Positions 1 through 13,078 of a DNA stretch of 38,690 nt are shown here, piece after piece. The translations under genes and the position numbers were made by a program. Source of the stretch: Myxococcota bacterium (GTDB lineage: Bacteria; Myxococcota; JACRCW01). Positions within the stretch are counted from its first letter, which is position 1; each line of letters begins with the position of its first letter. Below the pieces are notes generated by a model that did not search any database, had not been told where the DNA came from, and saw only the letters and a list, made by a program, of their open reading frames with translations. The stretch spans positions 1 through 38,690 of the forward strand of contig JBFMGU010000086.1 in assembly GCA_040752415.1 (NCBI GenBank). Reading direction: 5' to 3'.

Positions 1-255
1 CGGGGTGGGCGGAGGCTGGGCCGGGGCAGCCTTGGCGCGACCGGAGAGCGAGGGGCGCTCCGGCTTGGTGGGACGACGCTCCGCCTCCGGGCTGGCCGCT
101 GCCACCGGTGCCTTGGGCAGGGAAGGGGCCGCACCATTGCCGCTCCGCTCCACGATGAAGCGGTTGCCGCACTTGGAGCAGCGCGCTTTCTGGCCCGTGA
201 CGTAGATGCTCACGTCCACGGACTGGAGGCACACGGGGCACGCCTGGGTCTGCAC
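1..255 (-). CDS. Partial (runs off left edge) protein with N-terminal zinc ribbon and Pro/Ala-rich linker; possibly a Ser/Thr kinase
   Basis: Not in ORF track. Manual translation from GTG at 255: VQTQACPVCLQSVDVSIYVTGQKARCSKCGNRFIVERSG...APAQPPPTP, with CPxC...CxxC. In-frame ATG at 303 is an alternative start. Confidence 0.7.
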   Translation of the reverse strand, partial: MQTQACPVCLQSVDVSIYVTGQKARCSKCGNRFIVERSGNGAAPSLPKAPVAAASPEAERRPTKPERPSLSGRAKAAPAQPPPTP

Positions 256-349
256 GGCCGCGGAATCTACCGGAAGGACGATCCCGAGGGGAACCCCTCT
301 CATGCCGGAGCATGAGCCTTCGCAGCGCGACCATGCTAGGGGTCAGCCC

Positions 350-880
350 ATGCTCGAGCGCATTTCCTCTTTGGTGGCGGCCATTCCCGACTTTCCCCTC
401 AAGGGCATCATCTTCCGGGACGTGACCCCGGTGCTGGCGGACCCGCAGGCCCTGCGCGCCTGTGTGGACCTGCTGGCGGAGCGACTGCAGCGAATCCCCG
501 GCGGTCCCCCGGAGGCCATTGTGGGCATCGAGAGCCGCGGATTCATCTTTGGCGCGCCGTTGGCCATCAAGCTGGGCGTGGGATTCCTGCCGGTGCGCAA
601 GCCGGGGAAGCTCCCGCGTCGGACGCTGCGCGCGGAGTACATGAAGGAGTACGGCACCGACGTGCTGGAGATGCACGAGGACGCCATCAAGCCGGGGCAG
701 CGCGTGGCCATCGTCGACGACCTGCTGGCCACCGGCGGCACCGCCGAGGCCACCGCGCGGCTCCTGCAGGAGAGCGGCGGCAAGGTGGCGGCGTACGCGT
801 TCCTCATCGAGCTGGACACGCTGCGCGGTCGGGACCGGCTGTTGCGCGGCGTCCCGGTCGAAGCGCTGCTGCATTACTGA
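350..880 (+). CDS. apt: Adenine phosphoribosyltransferase
   Basis: IPDFPxxGIIFRD, ESRGFIFG, RKPGKLP and PRPP-binding IVDDLLATGGT motifs; start trimmed to ATG at 350. Confidence 0.96.
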   Translation: MLERISSLVAAIPDFPLKGIIFRDVTPVLADPQALRACVDLLAERLQRIPGGPPEAIVGIESRGFIFGAPLAIKLGVGFLPVRKPGKLPRRTLRAEYMKEYGTDVLEMHEDAIKPGQRVAIVDDLLATGGTAEATARLLQESGGKVAAYAFLIELDTLRGRDRLLRGVPVEALLHY

Positions 881-890
881 GGTCACCAAC

Positions 891-1709
891 GTGGAGCTGG
901 CCAGGACCACGTGGCTCATCACCGGCGCCTCGGCGGGGATTGGCGCGGCGCTGGCGCGGGTGGCGGCGCGGGAGGGCGCGTCGCACCTGGTGCTGGTGGC
1001 GCGTCGCGGGGAGCGGCTGGAAGCGCTGGCCGCTGAGTTGACGACGGGGCGCGTGGGTCTGCGCGTCACCGTGGTGCCCGTGGATCTCGCCACCGACGAG
1101 GGACGACGCGCGTTGCTGGAGCGGCTCACGCGCGAGGGCGTCGAGGTCGACGTCCTGGTGAACAACGCCGGCGTGGGAGCGCACGGGCTCTTTGACGAGA
1201 TACCGCCGGAGCGGACGCGTCAGATGGTGGAGCTCAACGTGGTGGCGCTGACGGAGCTGAGCGCGGCGTTGGTGCCGGGCATGGTGCGGCGACGTCGGGG
1301 TGGGGTGGTGAACGTCAGCAGCGTGGTGGGCCTGATGCCGGTGCCCAGCATGGCCGTGTACGCCGCCACCAAGGCGTACGTGACCAGCCTCTCCGACGCC
1401 ATGGCCGCGGAGCTCCACAGTGGCGGCGTCACCGTGGTGTGCGTGCACCCCGGCCCCACGACGACGGAGTTCCAGGGCGTGGCGGACCCTCAGGGACGTC
1501 GACGCACCAAGGCCCCGGCACCGTTCTTCCAGAGCGCGGAGCAGGTGGCGGAGGCCGCGGTGGCGGGACTGAGGCGCGGGCGGGTGCGCGTGAATCCGGG
1601 CGTGAACCAGGTGGTGTCGTCGTTGGCGAGGCTGATGCCGGCGCCGTTGGCGCGAGCGCTGGGACGACGCATGGCACGACAGGAGCGGGCGCGTGGACGT
1701 CCCGGGTGA
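891..1709 (+). CDS. Short-chain dehydrogenase/reductase (SDR)
   Basis: TGASAGIG, VNNAG and catalytic YAATK motifs. Confidence 0.93.
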   Translation: MELARTTWLITGASAGIGAALARVAAREGASHLVLVARRGERLEALAAELTTGRVGLRVTVVPVDLATDEGRRALLERLTREGVEVDVLVNNAGVGAHGLFDEIPPERTRQMVELNVVALTELSAALVPGMVRRRRGGVVNVSSVVGLMPVPSMAVYAATKAYVTSLSDAMAAELHSGGVTVVCVHPGPTTTEFQGVADPQGRRRTKAPAPFFQSAEQVAEAAVAGLRRGRVRVNPGVNQVVSSLARLMPAPLARALGRRMARQERARGRPG

Positions 1710-1847
1710 GCCGCGCGTGCGGATGGAAGCCGGGGCTGCGGCGCGTTGGCTCAAGGTAGGGGCCGGGCAGTTTTCTTGCCTCTTGCGGCGCCACCCCGCA
1801 CCATGGCGTCGCCACGTGGCTCCAGGGGGAGCCCACCGGAGGCCGCT

Positions 1848-3806
1848 GTGAGAATCTGCGCCGCCTCGCTACTTGCACTGAGCCTCTCGCTGGCCACCGG
1901 CAGCGCGGAGGAGGCGTTTTCCGACGCCAAGCAGGCCTACGCGACGCTCCGCGTGGACAAGGCCCGGCGCAACCAGCGCATCCATTACGAGAAGCTCATC
2001 AAGCGCCTCACCGACGCGGCAAAGGGAAAAAGCGGCCAGCGCGCCGACGACTGCCTCTACTTCGCGGCCACCATCTCCGAGGACCTGCACCAGGCTTCCG
2101 GCGTCACCGCCGACCTCGAGCAGGCCATCAAGCTGAACATCCGTGTGGCGGATGAGTTCAAGGGCTCGTCCCTGGCGGATGATGCGTTGCTGCGCGCCGC
2201 GCGCCTGATGTTGAGCCGCAAGGGCGACGTGCAGGGGGCTCGCGCGCTCCTGGCCCGTGCCCGCGACGGTTATCCCAAGGGCGACCAGGCCCGCGCGGTG
2301 CGTGAGCTGCTGGCGCGTCTGCCCGAGGTTTCACCCGAGAAGAACGAAGGCGCGGAGAAGGCGCGGACCGAGCTGGTGTCCGCCACGCCCGCCCGTCGCG
2401 TCTCCGACGACAACAGCGACGGCAACGACCGCGTGCAGGAGATCCTGGCGCGCGTGGCGCAGCGTGACGCCGGGCCGGCCGTGGAGGCGGAGGCCGCGAA
2501 GACGACGACGCCGAAGGTGGAAGCCAACGGCGCGCCCATGGCGCTCAAGCAGGGGAAGGGCGCCACCACGCGTCGGAACACGGAGTTGACGCTGAAGGTG
2601 GACGGGCCCGTGGAGGTGAGCACCGGGACCGTGCCGGCCGCCGGCAAGCTCCCGCCGCGCTTCTTCGTCGACATCGCGCCCGCGCTCACCGGCACGCTTG
2701 GTCGCGACCTGCGCACCTTCAAGGACGAGCGCGTGCGCGGCGTGCGGGTTGCGCAATTTGATGAGCGGACCGTGCGCGTGGTGATCGACCTCAAGAAGGA
2801 GGTCCCCGCCAACGCGCTGCACGACGCCGCGCAGAAGAAGCTGACCATCTGGCTGGGCGCACCGCCCTCCACGCCCGTGCAGCAGACGCCCCCCCCGGCG
2901 CCGGAGCTGGCCGCAGTGGAGAAGGCTGCACCGGCGGAAGAGGCCACCCACGACCATCACACGCACGACGAAGCCCCCGCGGCGATGCCCACGGTGGTGG
3001 CGAATGTCGACGTGGATGCGCCGGACGCGGGCTCGGTGGATGCGTCGCTGGCGGAGGTGAAGCAGCTGGCGCACCAACTGGAGAACCGGCCGGAGTACTC
3101 GCTGTCCGCGCAGACCGGATTGAAGGTGCGTCGCGTGGTGATTGACCCCGGTCACGGTGGCGACGACCCGGGCGCCATTGGGCCCACTGGCGTGAAGGAG
3201 AAGGACGTCACGCTGAAGATCGCCAAGAAGATTGCCCAGCGCCTGCGCAAGGAGCTGAAGATGGAGGTGTTCCTCACCCGGGAGCGCGACGTGTTCATCC
3301 CGCTGGAGGAGCGCACCGCGTTTGCCAACAAGGTGGGCGCGGACCTGTTCATCTCCATCCACTGCAACAGCAATCCCAACCGGCGCATCTACGGCGTGGA
3401 GACCTATTACCTGAACATCACCGACGACAATTACTCCATGCGCCTGGCCGCCCGGGAGAACCGCACCAGCCAGCGCTCCATCAGCGACCTGCAGTTCATC
3501 CTGGCGGACCTGGCCATGAAGTCCAATGTCGACGACAGCGTGCGCCTATCCAAGCTGGTGCAGGCCAACGTGGTGGGTGAGCTGCGCGACAACTACGGCA
3601 ACGTGAAGGACCTGGGCGTGAAGCACGCGCTGTTCTACGTGCTCATTGGCGCCAAGATGCCGGCCATCCTGGTGGAGACCTCATTCATCTCCAACAAGGT
3701 GGAGGAGCAGCGGCTCAACAGCACCCGGTACCAGGATGAGGTTGCCGACGGCGTGGTGCAGGGTGTGCGGCACTTTGTCGAGGAGCGGCAGGCGTTGGCG
3801 CGTTGA
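1848..3806 (+). CDS. N-acetylmuramoyl-L-alanine amidase (signal peptide, TPR-like region, AMIN-like domain, Amidase_3; AmiC-like)
   Basis: VVIDPGHGGDDPGA, EKDVTL, FISIHCNS and PAILVETSFISN motifs; GTG start at 1848 after GGAGG, followed by a hydrophobic signal peptide. Confidence 0.92.
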   Translation: MRICAASLLALSLSLATGSAEEAFSDAKQAYATLRVDKARRNQRIHYEKLIKRLTDAAKGKSGQRADDCLYFAATISEDLHQASGVTADLEQAIKLNIRVADEFKGSSLADDALLRAARLMLSRKGDVQGARALLARARDGYPKGDQARAVRELLARLPEVSPEKNEGAEKARTELVSATPARRVSDDNSDGNDRVQEILARVAQRDAGPAVEAEAAKTTTPKVEANGAPMALKQGKGATTRRNTELTLKVDGPVEVSTGTVPAAGKLPPRFFVDIAPALTGTLGRDLRTFKDERVRGVRVAQFDERTVRVVIDLKKEVPANALHDAAQKKLTIWLGAPPSTPVQQTPPPAPELAAVEKAAPAEEATHDHHTHDEAPAAMPTVVANVDVDAPDAGSVDASLAEVKQLAHQLENRPEYSLSAQTGLKVRRVVIDPGHGGDDPGAIGPTGVKEKDVTLKIAKKIAQRLRKELKMEVFLTRERDVFIPLEERTAFANKVGADLFISIHCNSNPNRRIYGVETYYLNITDDNYSMRLAARENRTSQRSISDLQFILADLAMKSNVDDSVRLSKLVQANVVGELRDNYGNVKDLGVKHALFYVLIGAKMPAILVETSFISNKVEEQRLNSTRYQDEVADGVVQGVRHFVEERQALAR

Positions 3807-3884
3807 GCGCTTCTCGCTCCGTGCCCACTCGTGGCAGCGTCCCATCCCGTGGCCCAGGAACCTTCCGCAACTCCCGCGCATGAG

Positions 3885-4679
3885 ATGAAGGGCACGCCCC
3901 CCGGCGCGGTGCTGGGTTGGGTGCTCAGCATCTTCACGTTCGTGGGGTTGGTGTCGACGTTGATTGTGTCCGCCAACCTGTCTCCCGGCGCCTGCGCGGA
4001 GACCTGGGCGCCCACCCTGAAGGCGGAGCTCACGGCCTACGGCGCCGACGAGGGACGCATGCCTCCCGTCGACGGGCTGGCCACCTACCTGGCCCGCGGG
4101 GAGACCGACGCGTACGCGCAGCTGGTGGGCGCGTTCCTGGGTGACGGTGCGCAGGTGCTCCGCGTGGTGGACTACAAGGGCGAGGTGAAGACCGGTGACG
4201 TCGTGGCGTACTGCGAGGAGCTCTCCACGCTGCGCAAGGTGATGCGGTGGCGCGCGCCCGTGGTGGTCAAGGTGGGGGAGGGCGTCACCACGGCCAGCTC
4301 CTCAGAGCTCACCGAGCTGCCGGTTGCCGAGACCACCCGCCTGCTCCTCCCGCCGCGCGCCGAGGACATGGGCACTGGCGACGAGGGCAAGGCCAGCAAG
4401 GAGATGCGGACGTTCCTTCAGGAGGTGATGTCGCGGATCTCGCAGCCGTGTGGGGACGCGGCCCGCCAGAACGCCGACGGAGCGTATCAACGCGCGCATC
4501 GCAACCTGCTGCGCAACCGCGCCATGGCGGCGTACCAGGGATTCCGTCAGGCATGTGAGTCGTGTCCCTCCTGCGACTGCCTCCGCGGCGTGGCGTTGGC
4601 CCGCGCGCGCGAGGGGGCCATGGCGGATGCACGGGCGGCCATGCGGGCGCACGAGAAGTGCCTGGGCACGGGCGAGTGA
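3885..4679 (+). CDS. Hypothetical membrane-anchored protein with helical, Cys-rich C-terminus
   Basis: Fills the gap between amidase and xerD on the same strand; N-terminal hydrophobic helix; CESCPSCDC; start could be 3831. Confidence 0.72.
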   Translation: MKGTPPGAVLGWVLSIFTFVGLVSTLIVSANLSPGACAETWAPTLKAELTAYGADEGRMPPVDGLATYLARGETDAYAQLVGAFLGDGAQVLRVVDYKGEVKTGDVVAYCEELSTLRKVMRWRAPVVVKVGEGVTTASSSELTELPVAETTRLLLPPRAEDMGTGDEGKASKEMRTFLQEVMSRISQPCGDAARQNADGAYQRAHRNLLRNRAMAAYQGFRQACESCPSCDCLRGVALARAREGAMADARAAMRAHEKCLGTGE

Positions 4680-4691
4680 TCAGGTTGCCGC

Positions 4692-5591
4692 ATGACGGTG
4701 CTGTTGTCCGAAGCGTTTGACCTCTTCCTCCAGCACATCCGTGTGGAGCGGAACCTCTCGGTGCTCACCGCGGAGGCCTACGGCACGGACCTGCAGAAGC
4801 TGGGGACGTACCTGCGCTCGCAGGGCGTGGAGGCGGTCGACGTCGTCACCGCGGCGCACATCAGCGGCTTCATGGCACACCTGGGTGGTCAGGGACTGCA
4901 CGTCCGTTCCCAGGCCCGCACGCTCTCCGCGGTGCGGATGCTCTTCAAGTTCCTGGTGAAGGAGCGCTACCTCAACGCCAATCCCTCCGCCGACGTCGAC
5001 CGGCCGCGCACCATCAAGAAGCTCCCGGAGTTCCTCAATACCGACGAGGTGGACAGCCTGCTGGCCGCGCCCAAGACGCAGGAACCTCGGGGGATGCGCG
5101 ACGCCGCCATGCTGGAGACGCTCTACGCCACCGGGCTGCGCGTCAGTGAGCTCGTGGGGTTGAACCTGGAGGACGTGGACCTGGACCGTGGCTTCGTGCT
5201 GGCGCGGGGAAAGGGTCGCAAGGAGCGGGTGGTGCCGCTGGGGCAACGCGCCCAGGACCTGCTGACGACGTACATTGCCGGCTCACGCATGACGCTGCTG
5301 GGCGGGCGGACGGCGAGCCCGTTGTTTCCGCACCCGTCGGGAAAACACCTCACGCGCCAAGGCATCTGGAAGATCATCAAGCGCTACGCGCTGGCCGCCG
5401 GCATCAAGAAGCCGCTCAGCCCGCACAAGCTGCGACACTCCTTTGCCACGCATCTCCTCGAGAACGGCGCCGACCTCCGCGCGGTGCAGGCCATGCTGGG
5501 TCACGCCGACCTGGCCACGACGGAAATCTACACGCACATCAACCGCGCGCGCCTGAAGTCCCTCTACGACAAGCACCACCCGCGCGCGTAG
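4692..5591 (+). CDS. xerD: Site-specific tyrosine recombinase XerD
   Basis: LYATGLRVSELV, GKGRKERVVP, LTRQG, SPHKLRHSFATHLL, LGHADLATTEIYTH and HHPRA C-terminus. Confidence 0.92.
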   Translation: MTVLLSEAFDLFLQHIRVERNLSVLTAEAYGTDLQKLGTYLRSQGVEAVDVVTAAHISGFMAHLGGQGLHVRSQARTLSAVRMLFKFLVKERYLNANPSADVDRPRTIKKLPEFLNTDEVDSLLAAPKTQEPRGMRDAAMLETLYATGLRVSELVGLNLEDVDLDRGFVLARGKGRKERVVPLGQRAQDLLTTYIAGSRMTLLGGRTASPLFPHPSGKHLTRQGIWKIIKRYALAAGIKKPLSPHKLRHSFATHLLENGADLRAVQAMLGHADLATTEIYTHINRARLKSLYDKHHPRA

Positions 5592-5597
5592 ACGACG

Positions 5598-9206
<3,609 letters not shown>

Positions 9207-9339
9207 GACACCGTCCCGTCGTGAAGGATGGCGGGAGCGTAGGCTGGCGCACGCTCTGCTGACGAGGCGCACATGGGCGCACACGCCGGGCGCCGTCTGG
9301 GACGGTACGCCCGGGATGCGGTGTTGCGATGGAGGAAGT

Positions 9340-9416
9340 TGGTAGCGGGGGGCGGAATCGAACCGCCGACCTAGGGATTATGAGACCCTCGCTCTAACCG
9401 ACTGAGCTACCCCGCC
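9340..9416 (-). tRNA. tRNA-Met (CAT), most likely elongator
   Basis: GGCGGGGTAGCTCAGTCGGTTAGAGCGAGGGTCTCATAATCCCTAGGTCGGCGGTTCGATTCCGCCCCCCGCTACCA: cloverleaf, CAT anticodon, encoded CCA. G1:U72 argues against fMet and G4:C69 against Ile2. Confidence 0.93.
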
Positions 9417-9433
9417 ACGAAAGTGGGACGCGC

Positions 9434-9463
9434 CTTTTACGGAAGCGCCCCCCCGGCTGTCAA
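9434..9463 (-). promoter_or_regulatory. Putative sigma70 promoter of the tRNA
   Basis: Perfect TTGACA (9463-9458), 18-nt spacer, TAAAAG (9439-9434), GC-rich discriminator just upstream of the tRNA. Confidence 0.6.
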
Positions 9464-9471
9464 CGACGGCG

Positions 9472-10623
9472 TCAGCCATACCCCAGGCCACGCATGGCGC
9501 GGTCGCTGCGGGTCCAGCGGTCGGAGACCTTCACGTAGAGCCGCAGCATCACCTGGCAGCCCAGGAACCGCTCCACGTCGCCACGGGCGCGCACCCCAAT
9601 CTCCTTCACCTTGGTACCGCCCTTGCCCACCACAATGGCCTTCTGGCCCTCCCGCTCCACGTGGATGGTGGCGTCGATCTCCACGATCCCCGGCTTCTTC
9701 CCGCGCCCCTCCCGCCGGCTCTCATCAAACCGGTCCACCTCCACGGCAATGGCGTAGGGCACCTCCTCGCCGGTGAGGATCATGGCCTTCTCGCGGATCA
9801 TCTCGGCCACCACCTCGCGCTCGGTGGCGTCGGTGAGCGTGGACGTGGGGAAGAGCGGCGGGCTCTCCGGCAGGACCCTCACCACCTCCTGCACCAGGCG
9901 GTCCAGCCCCTCCCGCTGCTCTGCGCTGATGGGCACCAGCGCGGCAAAGGGCAGGGTCTCCTTCCAGGTGTCCAGCAGCGGGAGGAGCAGGGGCTTCTCC
10001 ACCATGTCGATCTTGTTGATGGCCAGGATGCACGGCTTGCGGCTCTCACGGATCAGCTTGGCAATGGCCGCTTCCGCCGCGCCCACCTCGGTGACGGGGC
10101 GGTTCCGGGGGCCGGGCTCCACCACGAAGATCACCGCGTCCACGTCGGAAAGCGCGGACTTGGCCTCACGCGCCATGAACGTGCCCAGCTTGCCGTAGCC
10201 ACCGGTTCCGCCGTCGGGGAGGACCGCGCCGTCAAAGAGGCCGGGCGTGTCCACGAGGACGACCTGCGCGGTCTTCAGGGACATGATCGCCCGGAGGCGA
10301 CGTCGCGTGGTCTGCGGCTTGGGCGAGATGGCGGCGAGCTTGGCGCCGAGCAGTGCGTTGAGCAGCGTGCTCTTGCCCACGTTGGGCCGACCGATCAGCG
10401 CCACGAACCCCGCGCGGTGCGGCCCGGCGGGAAGCTGGATCTGTCGCCCGGCCACCACCTCCGTGGGACCGGCAGCTTCAGCGTCCTCCTCGTCCTCGTC
10501 GATCTCTTCCTCGACGTCAGCCGGCTCCTCCTGGCGCGGTGGCCGAGGCTTGCGCCCAGGCCCCTTCTGGGGGCGTCGGGAGGACGGGGATGGGGATGCG
10601 CTTGGTTGACGAGGCCTGGCCAT
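9472..10623 (-). CDS. era: GTPase Era with N-terminal disordered extension
   Basis: GFVALIGRPNVGKSTL, KPQTTR, DTPG, NKID, EEVPY and KH-domain VVGKGG motifs. Confidence 0.95.
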   Translation of the reverse strand: MARPRQPSASPSPSSRRPQKGPGRKPRPPRQEEPADVEEEIDEDEEDAEAAGPTEVVAGRQIQLPAGPHRAGFVALIGRPNVGKSTLLNALLGAKLAAISPKPQTTRRRLRAIMSLKTAQVVLVDTPGLFDGAVLPDGGTGGYGKLGTFMAREAKSALSDVDAVIFVVEPGPRNRPVTEVGAAEAAIAKLIRESRKPCILAINKIDMVEKPLLLPLLDTWKETLPFAALVPISAEQREGLDRLVQEVVRVLPESPPLFPTSTLTDATEREVVAEMIREKAMILTGEEVPYAIAVEVDRFDESRREGRGKKPGIVEIDATIHVEREGQKAIVVGKGGTKVKEIGVRARGDVERFLGCQVMLRLYVKVSDRWTRSDRAMRGLGYG

Positions 10624-10694
10624 GGGATGTCCTGCTCGCCGCGACCACGGGACGGGGCGGGTCCCCGACATAACCCGCGGTCATGGAGGGAGTC

Positions 10695-11612
10695 ATGGGG
10701 AAGACGGTGTTGGTGATCAATCCGCGGAGTGCCAACGGTCGCACCGGGGCGGAGGTGGGGGCGTTGACGGACCGGGCGCGCGCCGTCCTGGGTGATGTGG
10801 AGGTCAAGCTCACGGAGCGGCCGGGCCACGCCAGTCAGCTGGCCGCGGATGCGTTGGATGCCGGCGCGGACTGCGTGGTGGCCGTGGGTGGCGACGGAAC
10901 GAACAACGAGGTCATCAACGGCTTTGTCCGCCCCGACGGCTCCCTGCGCAGACCTGACGCACGCTTTGCGTTCCTCCCGCGGGGCACCGGCGGTGACTTC
11001 CGGCGCACCTTCGGGTTCGACAAGGACGTGGACAAGGCGCTGGAGCGCGCCAAGAACCCTGGCATCCCCACCGACGCGGGCTTCATGGAGCTCACCACCC
11101 ACGACGGCGGCAAGACCACGCGCGCGTACATCAACATTGCCAGCGCGGGGCTGAGCGGCATCGTGGACAAGATGGTGAACGCCACGAGCAAGGCACTGGG
11201 CCCGGCCAGCTTCTTCGTGGGGAGTCTCAAGGGGCTGATGGCGTTCCACCCGTATGATCTCACCGTCACCGTCGACGGGAAGACGTTCCACAGCGGGAAG
11301 GCAGCGCTGTGCACGGCGGCGAACGGACGCTTCTTTGGCGGCGGGATGCAGATTGCGCCGGGCGCGGATCCGGGTGACGGCCTCCTCGACGTGGTGTGCC
11401 TGCCTGCGTGGGGCAGTGCGCGTTTCGTGATGGAGAGCGCGCGCCTCTACGCCGGCGACATCCGCGAGGCCACCGGCGTGCAGTGCATCACCGGCAGGGA
11501 AGTGCGCATGGAGAGCAAGGAGGAGGTGCTTCTCGACGTCGACGGAGAGCAGCCCGGCCGCCTTCCCGCCACGTTCAAGGTGCTTCCCAAGGCTGTGAGG
11601 TTGTGCCGCTAG
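10695..11612 (+). CDS. Diacylglycerol/lipid kinase family protein (YegS/DgkB-like)
   Basis: INPRSANG, GGDGT, PRGTGGDF, NGRFFGGG, DGLLD and DGE motifs. Confidence 0.93.
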   Translation: MGKTVLVINPRSANGRTGAEVGALTDRARAVLGDVEVKLTERPGHASQLAADALDAGADCVVAVGGDGTNNEVINGFVRPDGSLRRPDARFAFLPRGTGGDFRRTFGFDKDVDKALERAKNPGIPTDAGFMELTTHDGGKTTRAYINIASAGLSGIVDKMVNATSKALGPASFFVGSLKGLMAFHPYDLTVTVDGKTFHSGKAALCTAANGRFFGGGMQIAPGADPGDGLLDVVCLPAWGSARFVMESARLYAGDIREATGVQCITGREVRMESKEEVLLDVDGEQPGRLPATFKVLPKAVRLCR

Positions 11613-11651
11613 GGGGGGCACGGAGGGTGCTGGCACCGCGCCCGCAGCGCC

Positions 11652-13034
11652 TCAGAGATTGAACGTGCTGCGCTTCAGGAACTGCCCGTCGCCGGCCTTG
11701 GCGAGGAACTTGTCGTCCTTCATCAGGATCCTGCCGCGCTGCATGACCATGCTCGGCGCGCCCACCACCTTGCGACCCTCATACGGCGAGTAGTCGACGC
11801 GCATGTGCGTGGTCTTCACGCCCAGGGTGAGCTCCTTGTTGGGATCCCACACCACGAGGTCCGCGTCACAGCCCACCGCCACCGTGCCCTTGCGCGGGTA
11901 CATGCCGAAGATCTTCGCCGGCGCCGTCGACGCGATCTCGACCATGCGGTTCATGGAGATGTGCTTGTTCTTCACGCCTTCCCACAGCAGGTACATGCGC
12001 GTCTCCACGCCGGGCATGCCGTTGGGGATCCTGGTGAAGTCATCCTTGCCCAGCTCCTTCTGGTCCTTCATGCAGAAGGGGCAGTGGTCCGTGCTCACCA
12101 CCTGCAGGTCGTAGTTGCGCAGGCCGCGCCACAGGTGCTCGTGGTGGTGCTGCGGACGCAGCGGTGGCGTGCAGACGTACTTGGCGCCCTCGAAGCCCGG
12201 TCGATCCAGGTCATCCTGCGAGAGGTACAGGTACTGCGGGCACGTCTCCGCGTACGCGGGCAGACCACGGTCACGCGCTTCCATCACGCGCTCCAGCGCA
12301 CGCGCGGCGCTGAGGTGCACCATGTACACGGGGACGTTCGCCATCTCCGCCAACGCAATGGCGCGCTCGGTGCCGGTGGCCTCGGCGGCCTCGGGGCGGG
12401 TGAGGGCGTGATAGACCGGCGCGGCGTGGCCCTTGGCCTTGGCGCGCTCGACGAGGACATCCAGCGGCAGACCGTGCTCCGCGTGCATGCAGATGAGCGC
12501 ACCCAGCTCGCCAGCGCGCAACATGGCGCGGAAGATGGACTGGTCGTCGAGGAGCAGCACGCCGGGGTACGCCATGAACAGCTTGAAGCTGGTGACGCCC
12601 TCGCGAACCATGGCCGCCATCTCCTCGAGGACGCCGGGTGGGACGTCGGTGGCGATCATGTGGAACGCGTAGTCCGTGACGGCCTTGCCCTGCGCCTTGG
12701 CGTGCCAGGTGTCCAGCGCCTGCCGCAGCGACGTGCCCTTGGTCTGGATGGCGAAGTCAATGATGGTGGTGGTGCCACCCCACGCCGCGGCACGCGTCCC
12801 GGTCTCGAAGTCATCCGAGCTTGTGGTTCCGCCAAAGGGCATGTCCATGTGCGTGTGCGCGTCAATGCCGCCGGGGATGACGTACTTGCCGGTGGCGTCG
12901 ACGGTCTCGTCAAACGTGGGGCCCTTGGTGCCGGGCTCCACGGTGGCAATGACCTTCTCGCCGTCCACCCAGACATCCGCGTTGAAGGTGTCGCTGGCCG
13001 TCACCACGGTTCCGTTCTTGATCAGTGTCTTCAT
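11652..13034 (-). CDS. hydA: Dihydropyrimidinase (D-hydantoinase)
   Basis: PGGIDAHTH, SFKLFMAY (carboxylated Lys), HAE, STDHCPF and IPNGMPGVE motifs. Confidence 0.95.
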   Translation of the reverse strand: MKTLIKNGTVVTASDTFNADVWVDGEKVIATVEPGTKGPTFDETVDATGKYVIPGGIDAHTHMDMPFGGTTSSDDFETGTRAAAWGGTTTIIDFAIQTKGTSLRQALDTWHAKAQGKAVTDYAFHMIATDVPPGVLEEMAAMVREGVTSFKLFMAYPGVLLLDDQSIFRAMLRAGELGALICMHAEHGLPLDVLVERAKAKGHAAPVYHALTRPEAAEATGTERAIALAEMANVPVYMVHLSAARALERVMEARDRGLPAYAETCPQYLYLSQDDLDRPGFEGAKYVCTPPLRPQHHHEHLWRGLRNYDLQVVSTDHCPFCMKDQKELGKDDFTRIPNGMPGVETRMYLLWEGVKNKHISMNRMVEIASTAPAKIFGMYPRKGTVAVGCDADLVVWDPNKELTLGVKTTHMRVDYSPYEGRKVVGAPSMVMQRGRILMKDDKFLAKAGDGQFLKRSTFNL

Positions 13035-13078
13035 GCTGGCTCCGTCGAAGTAGGGCTGGATGGTTGGATGGGCTTGCG

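Noticed and set aside
9245..9260. TGGCGCACGCTCTGCT sigma54-like element near cglD
   Set aside because: On the + strand, pointing away from cglD and antisense to the tRNA; likely chance
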